A stretch of 32,000 nucleotides of DNA from assembly GCF_008000775.2 (NCBI RefSeq), contig NZ_CP042905.2, positions 2,610,001 to 2,642,000 on the forward strand. The letters run 5' to 3'. Source of the DNA: Promethearchaeum syntrophicum. GTDB taxonomy: Archaea > Asgardarchaeota > Lokiarchaeia > Sigyniarchaeales > Promethearchaeaceae. Below the pieces are notes generated by a model. It was not told the DNA's origin. It ran no database searches and saw only the letters and a list, made by a program, of their open reading frames with translations. This document shows, piece by piece, positions 23,456 to 32,000 of this stretch. Within the stretch, counting starts at the first letter, position 1. The number at the start of each line of letters is the position of its first letter. Position numbers and translations under genes: made by a program.

Positions 23456-24451
23456 TTATCGATCTTTTTTTCCTGTTAAAGGATTAGTATCGGGATCAGC
23501 AAAATAATCAAAATCATAATGGATTTGATTAATACGAATAAGTTCGGTTAGCATCTGGATCACTGCTTGCATATTAGGACGATCTGCGGGTTCAAATTGC
23601 GTTAATCGCTCAACAATTTCATTATAACTTTCTGGTAAGTACCAATTGATTTCTTTAGGATGTAGAACCCAAGAGTCCTTATCTAAGAGTTCTGAATCTT
23701 CTCGCATGATCCCGCCTGTAAAAACAAAGTACATCAAATGGGCAAGATAATAAATATCAGAAGCTGCTACAGGTATGTACCCAAAACGTACCTCGGGAGG
23801 AGCCCCCTTTTGAGTGATTGGGATATCTCGTAGCATTTCATCAGACATAAAAGGTTTAGGAGTATATTGAATCCAATCAGGCCCAACATGCTTAGAAATG
23901 CCCCAATCAATTAGGACTGGAATGAATTCTCCATGTTCTTTTCCCTTTTGAATGATTATATTTTCTACAGAAACATCCCTATGGACAATATTTTCTTTGG
24001 TGTGGCAATAATCTAATAATTTTGCAATAGGGATGAAAATTTCTCTAACCATACTCGCAAGGTCGAGATGCTTCATTCCTCGGCTTTTTTGAATAAACTC
24101 CAAATAAAAATCTAAAAAAGTCATACCTTCAATGTAATTCAGAACAATATAATACTCTGGAGTTTGATATTTAATTTTTTTTTCATAATGTAAAACTTTC
24201 ACACAATTATAACCAGACCGAGCCTGAGCTTGAGTATTTAAAATCTCATTTTCCCAATACTCCTCACAATCATTACTCCTTGTATATTTATCATAAAATT
24301 GTTTATAAAGAAAATCTTTTATTGCAACTTTTTTCTTAGTTTCACGCTCAATTGCCAAATAAACAGTTGATAGTCCTCCTTTACCTAAAACTTTTTGAAC
24401 ATCAAAAATAATTTTGTCAATTTCTATAGGCTTTCCAACCGTTATTGGCAT
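23456..24451 (-). CDS. Hanks-type Ser/Thr protein kinase
   Basis: GKGGLSTVY...VAIKDF, HRDVSVENIII, DWG (DFG variant), APPE and ...PADRP. AAGGAG lies 9 nt upstream of the ATG. Confidence 0.85.
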   Translation of the reverse strand: MPITVGKPIEIDKIIFDVQKVLGKGGLSTVYLAIERETKKKVAIKDFLYKQFYDKYTRSNDCEEYWENEILNTQAQARSGYNCVKVLHYEKKIKYQTPEYYIVLNYIEGMTFLDFYLEFIQKSRGMKHLDLASMVREIFIPIAKLLDYCHTKENIVHRDVSVENIIIQKGKEHGEFIPVLIDWGISKHVGPDWIQYTPKPFMSDEMLRDIPITQKGAPPEVRFGYIPVAASDIYYLAHLMYFVFTGGIMREDSELLDKDSWVLHPKEINWYLPESYNEIVERLTQFEPADRPNMQAVIQMLTELIRINQIHYDFDYFADPDTNPLTGKKDR

Positions 24452-24488
24452 ATAGTTCTACTCCTTAATATAAAAAGACAAATTATAC

Positions 24489-25214
24489 TTAATTATAATC
24501 CCATTCCCCTCTACAATTCTTGCAATAGTATTTTTTTGCGTATTTTTTAATTGGTGCATAGGAAATAATCTTATTTTTATTCTGTTGCTCTTGGAAGTGT
24601 TGTTCTCCACAATGAGGACATTTAAGAACTCCATCTTCAGGATATGGGATAGATTTTATTGTTCCGTGTTCAACTTTATCGGGAATTTTCTTTTGTGAAA
24701 TTTTTTCAACTGGTCTTTTTTCCAATATGTCCGATGGCTTTCTTGGAATGATTTTTTCTGGCTCAGAAACAAAAGATTTTCTAGGACGATCTGGAAATTT
24801 CTCCTTTTTTTCCAATTCGGCTTTGGGAGTACCAGAATAATCCTTTCCTAATTTTCCCAGAATAATCTCAATTTTAGATTCTATTGATGCATTCTGTTGA
24901 CCAAGATTAAACATTCCTTTTTTCAATTGTTCCATTAGTTTTTCAGGGCTTAATGGTTTTTTCGTTAATTCTTCAATTTTGTTTTTTAATGACTCATTTT
25001 CTTCTAATGATTTTTTATATCTCTCTTTTTGCTCTCTCAATTCATCAGATAAATCAGGGTATGTAGGAATTTTTGGTTCTTTTTCTAATTTTTCAATCTT
25101 CTCTTTGAGTACGGTAATTTCCGACATAAATTTTTTAACTTGATCTCGAAGTGCGTCTTTTACTTGGGTGAGCTGGGCTAGTTCGGTTTCTTTAATTTTT
25201 ATTAAATCTTCCAT
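24489..25214 (-). CDS. Coiled-coil protein with a C-terminal zinc ribbon
   Basis: The N-terminal ~100 aa are heptad-rich. The C-terminus has CPHCGEQHF...CKNCRGEW. It ends 37 nt upstream of the kinase gene on the same strand. Confidence 0.6.
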   Translation of the reverse strand: MEDLIKIKETELAQLTQVKDALRDQVKKFMSEITVLKEKIEKLEKEPKIPTYPDLSDELREQKERYKKSLEENESLKNKIEELTKKPLSPEKLMEQLKKGMFNLGQQNASIESKIEIILGKLGKDYSGTPKAELEKKEKFPDRPRKSFVSEPEKIIPRKPSDILEKRPVEKISQKKIPDKVEHGTIKSIPYPEDGVLKCPHCGEQHFQEQQNKNKIISYAPIKKYAKKYYCKNCRGEWDYN

Positions 25215-25300
25215 ATATAATTGACTCCCTATAAAATTTTATATATAATACTTAAATTTGGGACTGAATAAGTTATATATTTTTGCAGATTAAATAAAAA

Positions 25301-27994
25301 TTATAATATTTGACTTAGTAAATCGCTTAGATCGTTAATTGAAAATGGTTTAGGTAAGACTCCATTAAAACCATATTTTTTATAATCAGCCATTATTGGA
25401 TCATTTGAGTAGCCAGAAGAAACAATTACTTTAACACTACTATCAAAATTTCTTAGATTTTTTATAGTTTCTTTTCCGCCGAGACCCCCAGCTATTGTTA
25501 AATCCATAATAACACAACTAACTTCTTTTTGAGAATCTTTCAAGTTCCGATACACTTTTAGAAATTCTTTACCCTCACTTGTAATAATTACGTTATATCC
25601 TAAACGATTCAATAATTTCAAGAAAAGGGTTTGAATAAAATTTTCATCATCCATTACAATAATTGTTTTGCCTTTTCCCTCTAAAAGGGGTTTTTCTTTC
25701 ATTTCGGTATTTTCTTTTGTTTTTGTTGAAGATGCTGGCAATAATATATAAAATATAGAACCTTGTCCACTCACAGAGTCAACGGTAATTTTTCCACCAT
25801 GATTTTTCATTATCGAATAGCAAACTGAAAGTCCAAGACCAGATCCCTTTTGTTTAGTTGTAAAATAAGGATCAAAGATTTTAGTTAAATATTCATCTGG
25901 AATACCAATACCTTGATCCATAATCGAAATTTGTACAAAATATTTACCAGAAAGAGATGGTTCATCTATAGATTCTTCAATAACAACATTTTTTGCCTCA
26001 ACTATCACATTCCCCCCATTCGGCATCGACTGATCTGCATTTATTACGATATTATTAATAACTTGACTTATTTGTCCTTCATCGATATCAACATTCCAAA
26101 GATCTGGGGCAATTCGAATGAAACTTTTAGATTTAGAGCCTCGAAGAGCGAAATGAATGGTTTCTCCAATCAAAGATTTGATTGAAATAATTTTTTTTAT
26201 CGGAGTTCCACCTTTTGAGAAAGTTAACAGTTGTTTTGTTAGCTTATTTGCGCGGTATGTAGCATTAATGGTTTGATCGATAATGTTAGAGAGATTAGAT
26301 GTTTTATCTTTAACTTCTATTTGTGCAATGGATAAATTTCCGAGGATGGCAGTTAAGATATTATTAAAATCGTGGGCAATTCCACCTGCTAAGATACTAA
26401 TAGATTCCATTTTTTGAGTTTTTAAAATTTCTCTTTCTAATTTCTTCTTTTCATCATTATCTCGAATAACTATAACTGATCCAATAGTTTTTTCAGATTT
26501 ATCTAAGATTGGACTTCCTTTAATAGCAATTTCCTTCTTTTTATCATATTTATTCGTTAATATTAGGTTATCTGAAAGTTCAAATTTTGGTAATTTATTG
26601 AACTCAAACCTCTCATTAGATATTGTATCAGTAATATTCAAAATTTCATTAATATCCCGAGTTAATGTTTCATTCTGGTTATATCCGGTTAATTCTTCCG
26701 CTACTTTGTTATATATTACTATTTTACCATCAATATCTGTGGTTATAACTCCATCCCCAATACTTGCAAGGGTTACTGATAGTCGTTCTTTTTCTTCTTC
26801 TAATTGTTTTTCTGCATCTTTTCGTTCTGCAATATCTTTTGTATGTAATAAAATTGAATTCGGAGGGACATAAGCAAAATGCGCTTCGAGGATTGAGGTT
26901 TTTCCAGTTGAAAGAAATGTAAAGGTAAATTCTGAACTATGACTTGTCTTTTCTTTAAAAGTTTTTATCATTACTTCAAAAATATTATTATATCCTCTTT
27001 CAGTAAAAAATTGACTTGCTTTCATACCGATTAATTTTTTTAATTTCCCTTCAGTATATCGATCAGCAGCTTCATTTATTCTTACAAGTTTAAAATCTTC
27101 CCCAATATAATCCCAGGCGTATGTTGGGAGAGGATAACTATTAAAAAGCTGTTTATACATCTCATTTTTTTCTACGGTAACCCTTTCAATTAATTTTCGT
27201 TCAGTAATATCCCGAACTATCGCTTGTAAAAATTTTTTGCCTTTTAATTCTATAAGGTTCAATGTTACCTCTGCAAAAAAGGGAGTTCCATCTAAAGTTG
27301 AATGAAGCCATTCAAAAAATTGCGGTTCTCCTGAGAACGCTTTTGTAATATAGATTAAAGCTTTTTCTTTTGAATCAATTCCATCAGGTTGAAATTCTGG
27401 AGAAAATTTATATGGAGGATGGTTTATTATTTCATCTCTTTTACAGTTGAATAAATCGAGGGTCTTTTGATTACAATCAATGAAAATATCGTTATCCATT
27501 AAAAATATTGCATCATTAGCAGTTTCAAATAGAGTATGGTATTTTCTCTCCATATCCCGTATTTGTGTTATCTCAGTGATTATTGCCATGCTTCCAATTA
27601 AATTTCCTTTAGAATCATATAAACCACTTGCAGAAATGATGACATATGCTATTCTATCATCTTTGGTCTTAAACGCGATCTCATATTTACTAACGTCTTT
27701 GCCACTTTCTCGTTCATAAGTTTCTTTTCTAAATAGGTCCTTAAATTCTTCAGAGATGAAATCAATTACTTTGAATCCAATTAATTCATTTCTAGAATAT
27801 TTAAGAAGTTCACTGAATCTATCATTAATATATATAAGCTTATCTTCTTTATCACTAATTGCAATCGATTCATTAACAAATTCAAAGATATCTTTAAATT
27901 TTAACTCAAATTCTCTTAAAATATATTGTTCATTAATTTCTTTGTTAATAAAAGGAGTTCTTTTCTTTCCCTTTTTTTTCCGATCTCGATCCAA
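25301..27994 (-). CDS. Cytoplasmic hybrid sensor histidine kinase (four PAS-like domains, HisKA, HATPase_c, receiver)
   Basis: H-box [18 protein letters not shown]-box [16 protein letters not shown]-boxes DQGIGIP and GSGLGLS. Receiver motifs are [20 protein letters not shown] and LPKPF. TTG start with GGGGT 8 nt upstream. Confidence 0.9.
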   Translation of the reverse strand: MDRDRKKKGKKRTPFINKEINEQYILREFELKFKDIFEFVNESIAISDKEDKLIYINDRFSELLKYSRNELIGFKVIDFISEEFKDLFRKETYERESGKDVSKYEIAFKTKDDRIAYVIISASGLYDSKGNLIGSMAIITEITQIRDMERKYHTLFETANDAIFLMDNDIFIDCNQKTLDLFNCKRDEIINHPPYKFSPEFQPDGIDSKEKALIYITKAFSGEPQFFEWLHSTLDGTPFFAEVTLNLIELKGKKFLQAIVRDITERKLIERVTVEKNEMYKQLFNSYPLPTYAWDYIGEDFKLVRINEAADRYTEGKLKKLIGMKASQFFTERGYNNIFEVMIKTFKEKTSHSSEFTFTFLSTGKTSILEAHFAYVPPNSILLHTKDIAERKDAEKQLEEEKERLSVTLASIGDGVITTDIDGKIVIYNKVAEELTGYNQNETLTRDINEILNITDTISNERFEFNKLPKFELSDNLILTNKYDKKKEIAIKGSPILDKSEKTIGSVIVIRDNDEKKKLEREILKTQKMESISILAGGIAHDFNNILTAILGNLSIAQIEVKDKTSNLSNIIDQTINATYRANKLTKQLLTFSKGGTPIKKIISIKSLIGETIHFALRGSKSKSFIRIAPDLWNVDIDEGQISQVINNIVINADQSMPNGGNVIVEAKNVVIEESIDEPSLSGKYFVQISIMDQGIGIPDEYLTKIFDPYFTTKQKGSGLGLSVCYSIMKNHGGKITVDSVSGQGSIFYILLPASSTKTKENTEMKEKPLLEGKGKTIIVMDDENFIQTLFLKLLNRLGYNVIITSEGKEFLKVYRNLKDSQKEVSCVIMDLTIAGGLGGKETIKNLRNFDSSVKVIVSSGYSNDPIMADYKKYGFNGVLPKPFSINDLSDLLSQIL

Positions 27995-28074
27995 TTAGAG
28001 TTACCCCAATAAACTTAGATTAATGTGAAAACCTAAATTTTTATTTTATTTATAATGATGTTTTAATATTAATT

Positions 28075-29814
28075 CTAATAAGTTGGATGTTTTAATATAG
28101 GAATTTTTCTCCCCATTCCAAATGCTTTTTTATTAATTTTTATAGTTTGCACTAATTGTGAACGTTTAAATTCAGATCGTGTATAAAGGTGCTCGATATA
28201 ATTAACCAATTCAGAATTTTTTCCAGTTTTTATTATTTCTCTTGGAGATAGACCTTCATCTATCCTTAATGCTAAGATTTCATCTAAAATTTTATAAGGA
28301 GGGAGATTATCTTCGTCGATTTGATTTTCTTTTAGTTCAGCTGAAGGAGGTTTTGTTATAATATTATATGGAATTATTTCATTATTTTTATCTCGATTAA
28401 TCCAATTTATTACTTGGTACAACTGGGTCTTGTAAAGATCTCCAGGAACATTTTTCCCCCCATTTGTATCACCGTAAAGAGTGCAATAGCCTGTAGCGAT
28501 TTCAGATTTATTGCCAGTGGATACTAAGAGCGCATTAAATTTATTTGAATAATACATCAAAATAAGCCCTCTTAATCGGGATTGTAAATTTTGATTTGCC
28601 AAATCATGATCTTGATCCGAACTCTCACGTTCAAAGGCTTGTTCAAGCTGGATTTCGAATAATGAATGAGATTCTTTAATTGGAACAATGATGTATTCAA
28701 TGCCTAAATTTTTACATAATTCAATAGAATCATCTAAAGAGCCCTTTGAAGAAAACCTTGAAGGCATCAAAATTGCAGTTACATTATTTTTACCAACTGC
28801 TTTTACTGCAATATAAGTGGTAAAGGCGGAATCAATTCCTCCACTAAGACCTATAACTATTCTTTTAAAAACTCCTGTTTTGTAATAATAATCGCGCAAA
28901 TTCATTGATAATGCCTGAATAATTTCTTCATTAACATTGAGTAGTGGAGAAATAGGATTTTTTTCTAGATTATCTTTAAGATGTTGTGGTATTCTATTAA
29001 GATCAGCTGCAAAAATCTCGCGAGATTTGCTAGAAATATTGAAAAATATTAATGATTCTTTACAGAATGCTGCGCGGTGTTTCAATTCCCCGTTTTTATC
29101 AATAATAAAGCTTCTTCCATCGAATACCAATTCATCTTGACCACCGATTAAATTTAAGTAGGCAATTGGGATTTGATATTTGTTTGCTTTTTCTTTGATT
29201 AGATCCTCTCTTTCTTTCTGTTTTCCGATTGTATAAGGTGATCCGTTAATGCTAATTATTAATTCCGCTCCATTTTCTATTAGTTTCTCTGTAACATTAA
29301 CTTGATATTCATTTTCCCATAAATCTTCACAGATTGCAATGCCTAATTTTAGTCCTTTGATTTCATAGGGGATAAAGTTGTCACCTTCCCAGAAATATCT
29401 TTTTTCATCGAAAACATCATAGGTTGGAATTAATCGTTTAGATGGGCTATCACTAGAAATTTCACCATTTGATAAAATATAGGCAACATTTCGGTATTGA
29501 GGATGATGGCTTGGATCCGATTCAATATCAAAACCTCCGATAATCATCGTTATATCTGGATATGATTTGGAAATTTCCATTAAAATTTCCTTTTCAGATT
29601 CAATAAAATCATGATCAAAAAGTAAATCTTGTATTGGATACCCGGTAAGAGCCATTTCTGGAAATACTAAGAGATGAATTTTATTTATTCGTGCAATTTC
29701 TGCAATTTCGAGAATTTTTTTTTTGTTCTCCCGTAAGTCCGCAACAATAAAATTTATTTGGGCGAGCATTACTCTAATTTTATCAGTTTTCTTCAAATTA
29801 GACAATTCAGACAT
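28075..29814 (-). CDS. nadE: Glutamine-dependent NAD+ synthetase (CN-hydrolase domain plus PP-loop synthetase domain)
   Basis: FPEMALTGYP and AICEDLWEN (nitrilase-type Glu/Cys), plus GLSGGIDSA (the SGGxDS PP-loop). Confidence 0.9.
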   Translation of the reverse strand: MSELSNLKKTDKIRVMLAQINFIVADLRENKKKILEIAEIARINKIHLLVFPEMALTGYPIQDLLFDHDFIESEKEILMEISKSYPDITMIIGGFDIESDPSHHPQYRNVAYILSNGEISSDSPSKRLIPTYDVFDEKRYFWEGDNFIPYEIKGLKLGIAICEDLWENEYQVNVTEKLIENGAELIISINGSPYTIGKQKEREDLIKEKANKYQIPIAYLNLIGGQDELVFDGRSFIIDKNGELKHRAAFCKESLIFFNISSKSREIFAADLNRIPQHLKDNLEKNPISPLLNVNEEIIQALSMNLRDYYYKTGVFKRIVIGLSGGIDSAFTTYIAVKAVGKNNVTAILMPSRFSSKGSLDDSIELCKNLGIEYIIVPIKESHSLFEIQLEQAFERESSDQDHDLANQNLQSRLRGLILMYYSNKFNALLVSTGNKSEIATGYCTLYGDTNGGKNVPGDLYKTQLYQVINWINRDKNNEIIPYNIITKPPSAELKENQIDEDNLPPYKILDEILALRIDEGLSPREIIKTGKNSELVNYIEHLYTRSEFKRSQLVQTIKINKKAFGMGRKIPILKHPTY

Positions 29815-29945
29815 TATTTATAAAATAGATTTGTAAGATTAAATTCTTTCTAAAATTTGGGATACATTTCCCACAGTATTAAATTAGCAAAAGAATTTAT
29901 TCGGTTGAAAGATAAATTTAATTGATCAATTTGAACCAACCACAG

Positions 29946-31253
29946 ATGTCTGAACTTTTTAAATCAAGAAAACCTTCCGCTATTAGAGCTGCTCAAATTC
30001 AATTTCAAAAACGAAAGGATAATGTAGAAGCTATCAATGTTGCTATAGGAAATGTAAGTCTCCCAATGCATCCTGCATTAATTAACCGTATGAAAAATTT
30101 AGCAGCTGAAGATAGCCCATATAAAAATGGTGTTGTTAAGTATACTGCAACAGTTGGCTTAAAAGAAACGAATGATGCAATCCTAAACATAATTGCTGCT
30201 TCTGGGTTTAAAACAGAAAATTTACATAGTCAAATCACAGATGGCGGAAGTCATGCAATGGAATTAGTAATTCTAGGGACTTGTGGATCAGCAGGTTCTA
30301 ATGAAAAACCATTATTACTAATTGACGCTGCTTACACTAATTATCTTGCGATGGCAAACAGAACAGGAAGATCAACTATTTCTATTACCCGCCAGCTTAT
30401 GGAAAATGGCAAATTTAATTTACCAAAAATATCTGAAATTGAAGGTATAATAAAAGAACATAAACCGGGAGCTTTATTGATTATTCCTTATGATAATCCA
30501 ACTGGCCATTTTTTAAACCATGAAACTATGGTTCATTTAGCGAAATTATGTGTTAAATACAATATCTGGATGATTAGTGATGAAGCTTATCGAGAATTAT
30601 TTTATTTGGATACAGAGCCTGCCAGTATTTGGCGATTAACAGATTCAGAAGTTCCAGGTATTGAAGGTAGAAGAATTAGCATAGAAACTGCAAGTAAAGT
30701 TTGGAATTCTTGTGGCTTACGGATTGGAGCTCTTGTAACTGATAATGAAGAATTCCATGAAAAAGCAGTTTTTGAGCAAACAGCAAATCTTTGTGCTCCT
30801 GCTATTGCACAATATATATTTGGAGGGTTAGCTCATGAATCTCATGAAGATTTACAACTTTGGTTTGATAAGCAAAGAACTTATTATAAAAAACTGAGTA
30901 AAAGGTTTACCGAAGATTTTGCCGAAATGATGCCTGGAGCAATCGTTTCAAGCCCGGATGCCGCTATATATTCAGTCGTTGATGTAAGAAGAATAGCTAA
31001 ACCAGGTTTTGATGCTGTAAAGTTTGTTGAATATTGCACAACACAAGGGAAAGTCGATTTAGAAGGTAATGGAAAACACCAAACTTTGCTAGTTGCACCA
31101 ATGGCAGGATTTTATAGCACAAAAGAAGGTGTTTACAATCCAGGAAAAACTCAAATGCGATTTGCCTATGTTGAAAACCCTGAAAATATGAAGATTGTTC
31201 CCGAATTATTTGTTACTCTTTTCTCGCAATATGAAAAACAAAAGGAGAAATAA
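29946..31253 (+). CDS. PLP-dependent aminotransferase, class I/II
   Basis: YDNPTGH, SDEAYREL and TASKVWNSCGLRIGAL (PLP-lysine region). I prefer the ATG at 29946 over the TTG at 29922. Confidence 0.8.
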   Translation: MSELFKSRKPSAIRAAQIQFQKRKDNVEAINVAIGNVSLPMHPALINRMKNLAAEDSPYKNGVVKYTATVGLKETNDAILNIIAASGFKTENLHSQITDGGSHAMELVILGTCGSAGSNEKPLLLIDAAYTNYLAMANRTGRSTISITRQLMENGKFNLPKISEIEGIIKEHKPGALLIIPYDNPTGHFLNHETMVHLAKLCVKYNIWMISDEAYRELFYLDTEPASIWRLTDSEVPGIEGRRISIETASKVWNSCGLRIGALVTDNEEFHEKAVFEQTANLCAPAIAQYIFGGLAHESHEDLQLWFDKQRTYYKKLSKRFTEDFAEMMPGAIVSSPDAAIYSVVDVRRIAKPGFDAVKFVEYCTTQGKVDLEGNGKHQTLLVAPMAGFYSTKEGVYNPGKTQMRFAYVENPENMKIVPELFVTLFSQYEKQKEK

Positions 31254-31326
31254 TTTTAGGGAAACTTCAAAATATATATTTTATTAGATCATCTTTTTTA
31301 TGTTATTAATCCATTATTAATGCATT

Positions 31327-31734
31327 ATGACTAAAACTTATCCAATTGAATTTTCTAAAGAAGAAGATATAATTTATATAGGTTTGGATGTTGCTGATTT
31401 CGATAGAGCAAAGAAATTTTACCGAGAAATATTTAATTTTGAGATTACCTTTGATGCGGGAAAGGATATTGGATGGTGTGAATTAGAACTCCCTGTAAAA
31501 GGTATTAAACTTGGTTTAAGTTCCAATGATAACAAAAAAATCAAACAAGGATCTACAACTATGGGTATTAACGTAGAAGACATTGAAAAAACAAAAAAAT
31601 ATTTGGAATCTAAAGAAGTTTATACCACAGATATTAGAGATCTACCAGACTTGGTTTCACTTTTCGATATGAAAGATTCTGAAGGAAATTTAATTCAAAT
31701 ATTAGGAAAGCCACGAATAACTTCAAAAAAATAA
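31327..31734 (+). CDS. VOC / glyoxalase-bleomycin-resistance family protein
   Basis: YIGLDVADFDRAKKFYREIFNFE fits the N-terminal VOC module, and the ~135 aa size is typical. Confidence 0.65.
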   Translation: MTKTYPIEFSKEEDIIYIGLDVADFDRAKKFYREIFNFEITFDAGKDIGWCELELPVKGIKLGLSSNDNKKIKQGSTTMGINVEDIEKTKKYLESKEVYTTDIRDLPDLVSLFDMKDSEGNLIQILGKPRITSKK

Positions 31735-31962
31735 ATTTCAAATTCAATCATTTTTTCCTTTGTGATAATTTCAACTACTTTTATATCTAAAATGATATAA
31801 TTAAAAAGACTTCTATTTAAGTCGATTTTTATCTTAGCTCTTGGCTTTTCCCGATTTTCACAAAATAAAGAGAAATATGAATTTTAGTATTAAGATTAAT
31901 ATAGTAGAAAGCAATAAAGATCATTAACTATTTTCAAACAAAAATTTTCATTCGGGGGGAAA

Positions 31963-32000
31963 TGGATTTGAGAATTTCTAGAAATAACAAGAAAGAGTTA
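31963..32000 (+). CDS. Possible 5' end of a CDS running off the right edge
   Basis: The ATG is preceded by GGGGGG. Only 12 codons are visible. Confidence 0.2.

Noticed and set aside
29866-29880. A 10-nt match (inverted) to the 15-bp ATTTTGTGGGAAATT repeat, in the nadE/aminotransferase intergenic region
   Set aside because: A 10-mer match is expected by chance in 32 kb of AT-rich sequence, and there is no supporting context.
1213-30190. Antisense or shadow ORFs inside long genes (1213-1422, 4084-4266, 10484-10669, 10826-11170, 11932-12150, 14771-14953, 16027-16338, 18500-18697, 25913-26185, 26598-26873, 27480-27719, 27756-27998, 28937-29140, 30005-30190)
   Set aside because: Each is fully embedded opposite a much longer ORF with clear motifs. 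Such frames stay open by chance in AT-rich DNA, and none shows any motif.

Overview
AT-rich (about 30% GC by eye) archaeal window, probably from an Asgard (Loki-like) genome. This is inferred from Orc1/Cdc6, TATA-type promoters with short leaders, and eukaryote-signature genes (Rab-like small GTPase, actin-family protein, longin-like proteins, Hanks-type kinase). There are three blocks. (1) 290-11670 is an ~11.4 kb integrated plasmid/provirus-like element. It is bounded by an imperfect 29-bp direct repeat (putative attL/attR). It carries a minimal tyrosine integrase, a 1013-aa SF3-helicase replication protein, RHH/wHTH/HTH regulators, two different iteron-like repeat fields and a repeat-rich ORF-free kb. 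I recognise no capsid or packaging genes. (2) 11844-19728 is the most interesting locus. A Rab-like GTPase gene lies divergent from a tightly coupled four-gene operon. The operon encodes a 1297-aa signal-anchored surface protein with about 40 N-x-S/T sequons, one C-terminal TM helix and a 149-aa cytoplasmic tail. It then encodes two proteins with longin-like N-termini, one carrying tandem winged-helix-like repeats and one a degenerate Ras-like domain. The last gene is a divergent actin/Arp-like ATPase. I propose a surface-protein / GTPase-regulator / actin module; this rests on manual motif reading only. (3) 20280-32000 holds ordinary genes: an HGSNAT-like membrane acyltransferase, a Zn-ribbon protein, Orc1/Cdc6 with a possible adjacent origin, a Ser/Thr kinase, a coiled-coil Zn-ribbon protein, a 4xPAS hybrid histidine kinase, glutamine-dependent NAD synthetase, an aminotransferase and a VOC-family protein. 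No tRNA, rRNA or CRISPR array was seen. Many ORF-track starts are TTG/GTG; I re-set several to ATG codons that have a GGTG/GGAG motif upstream.
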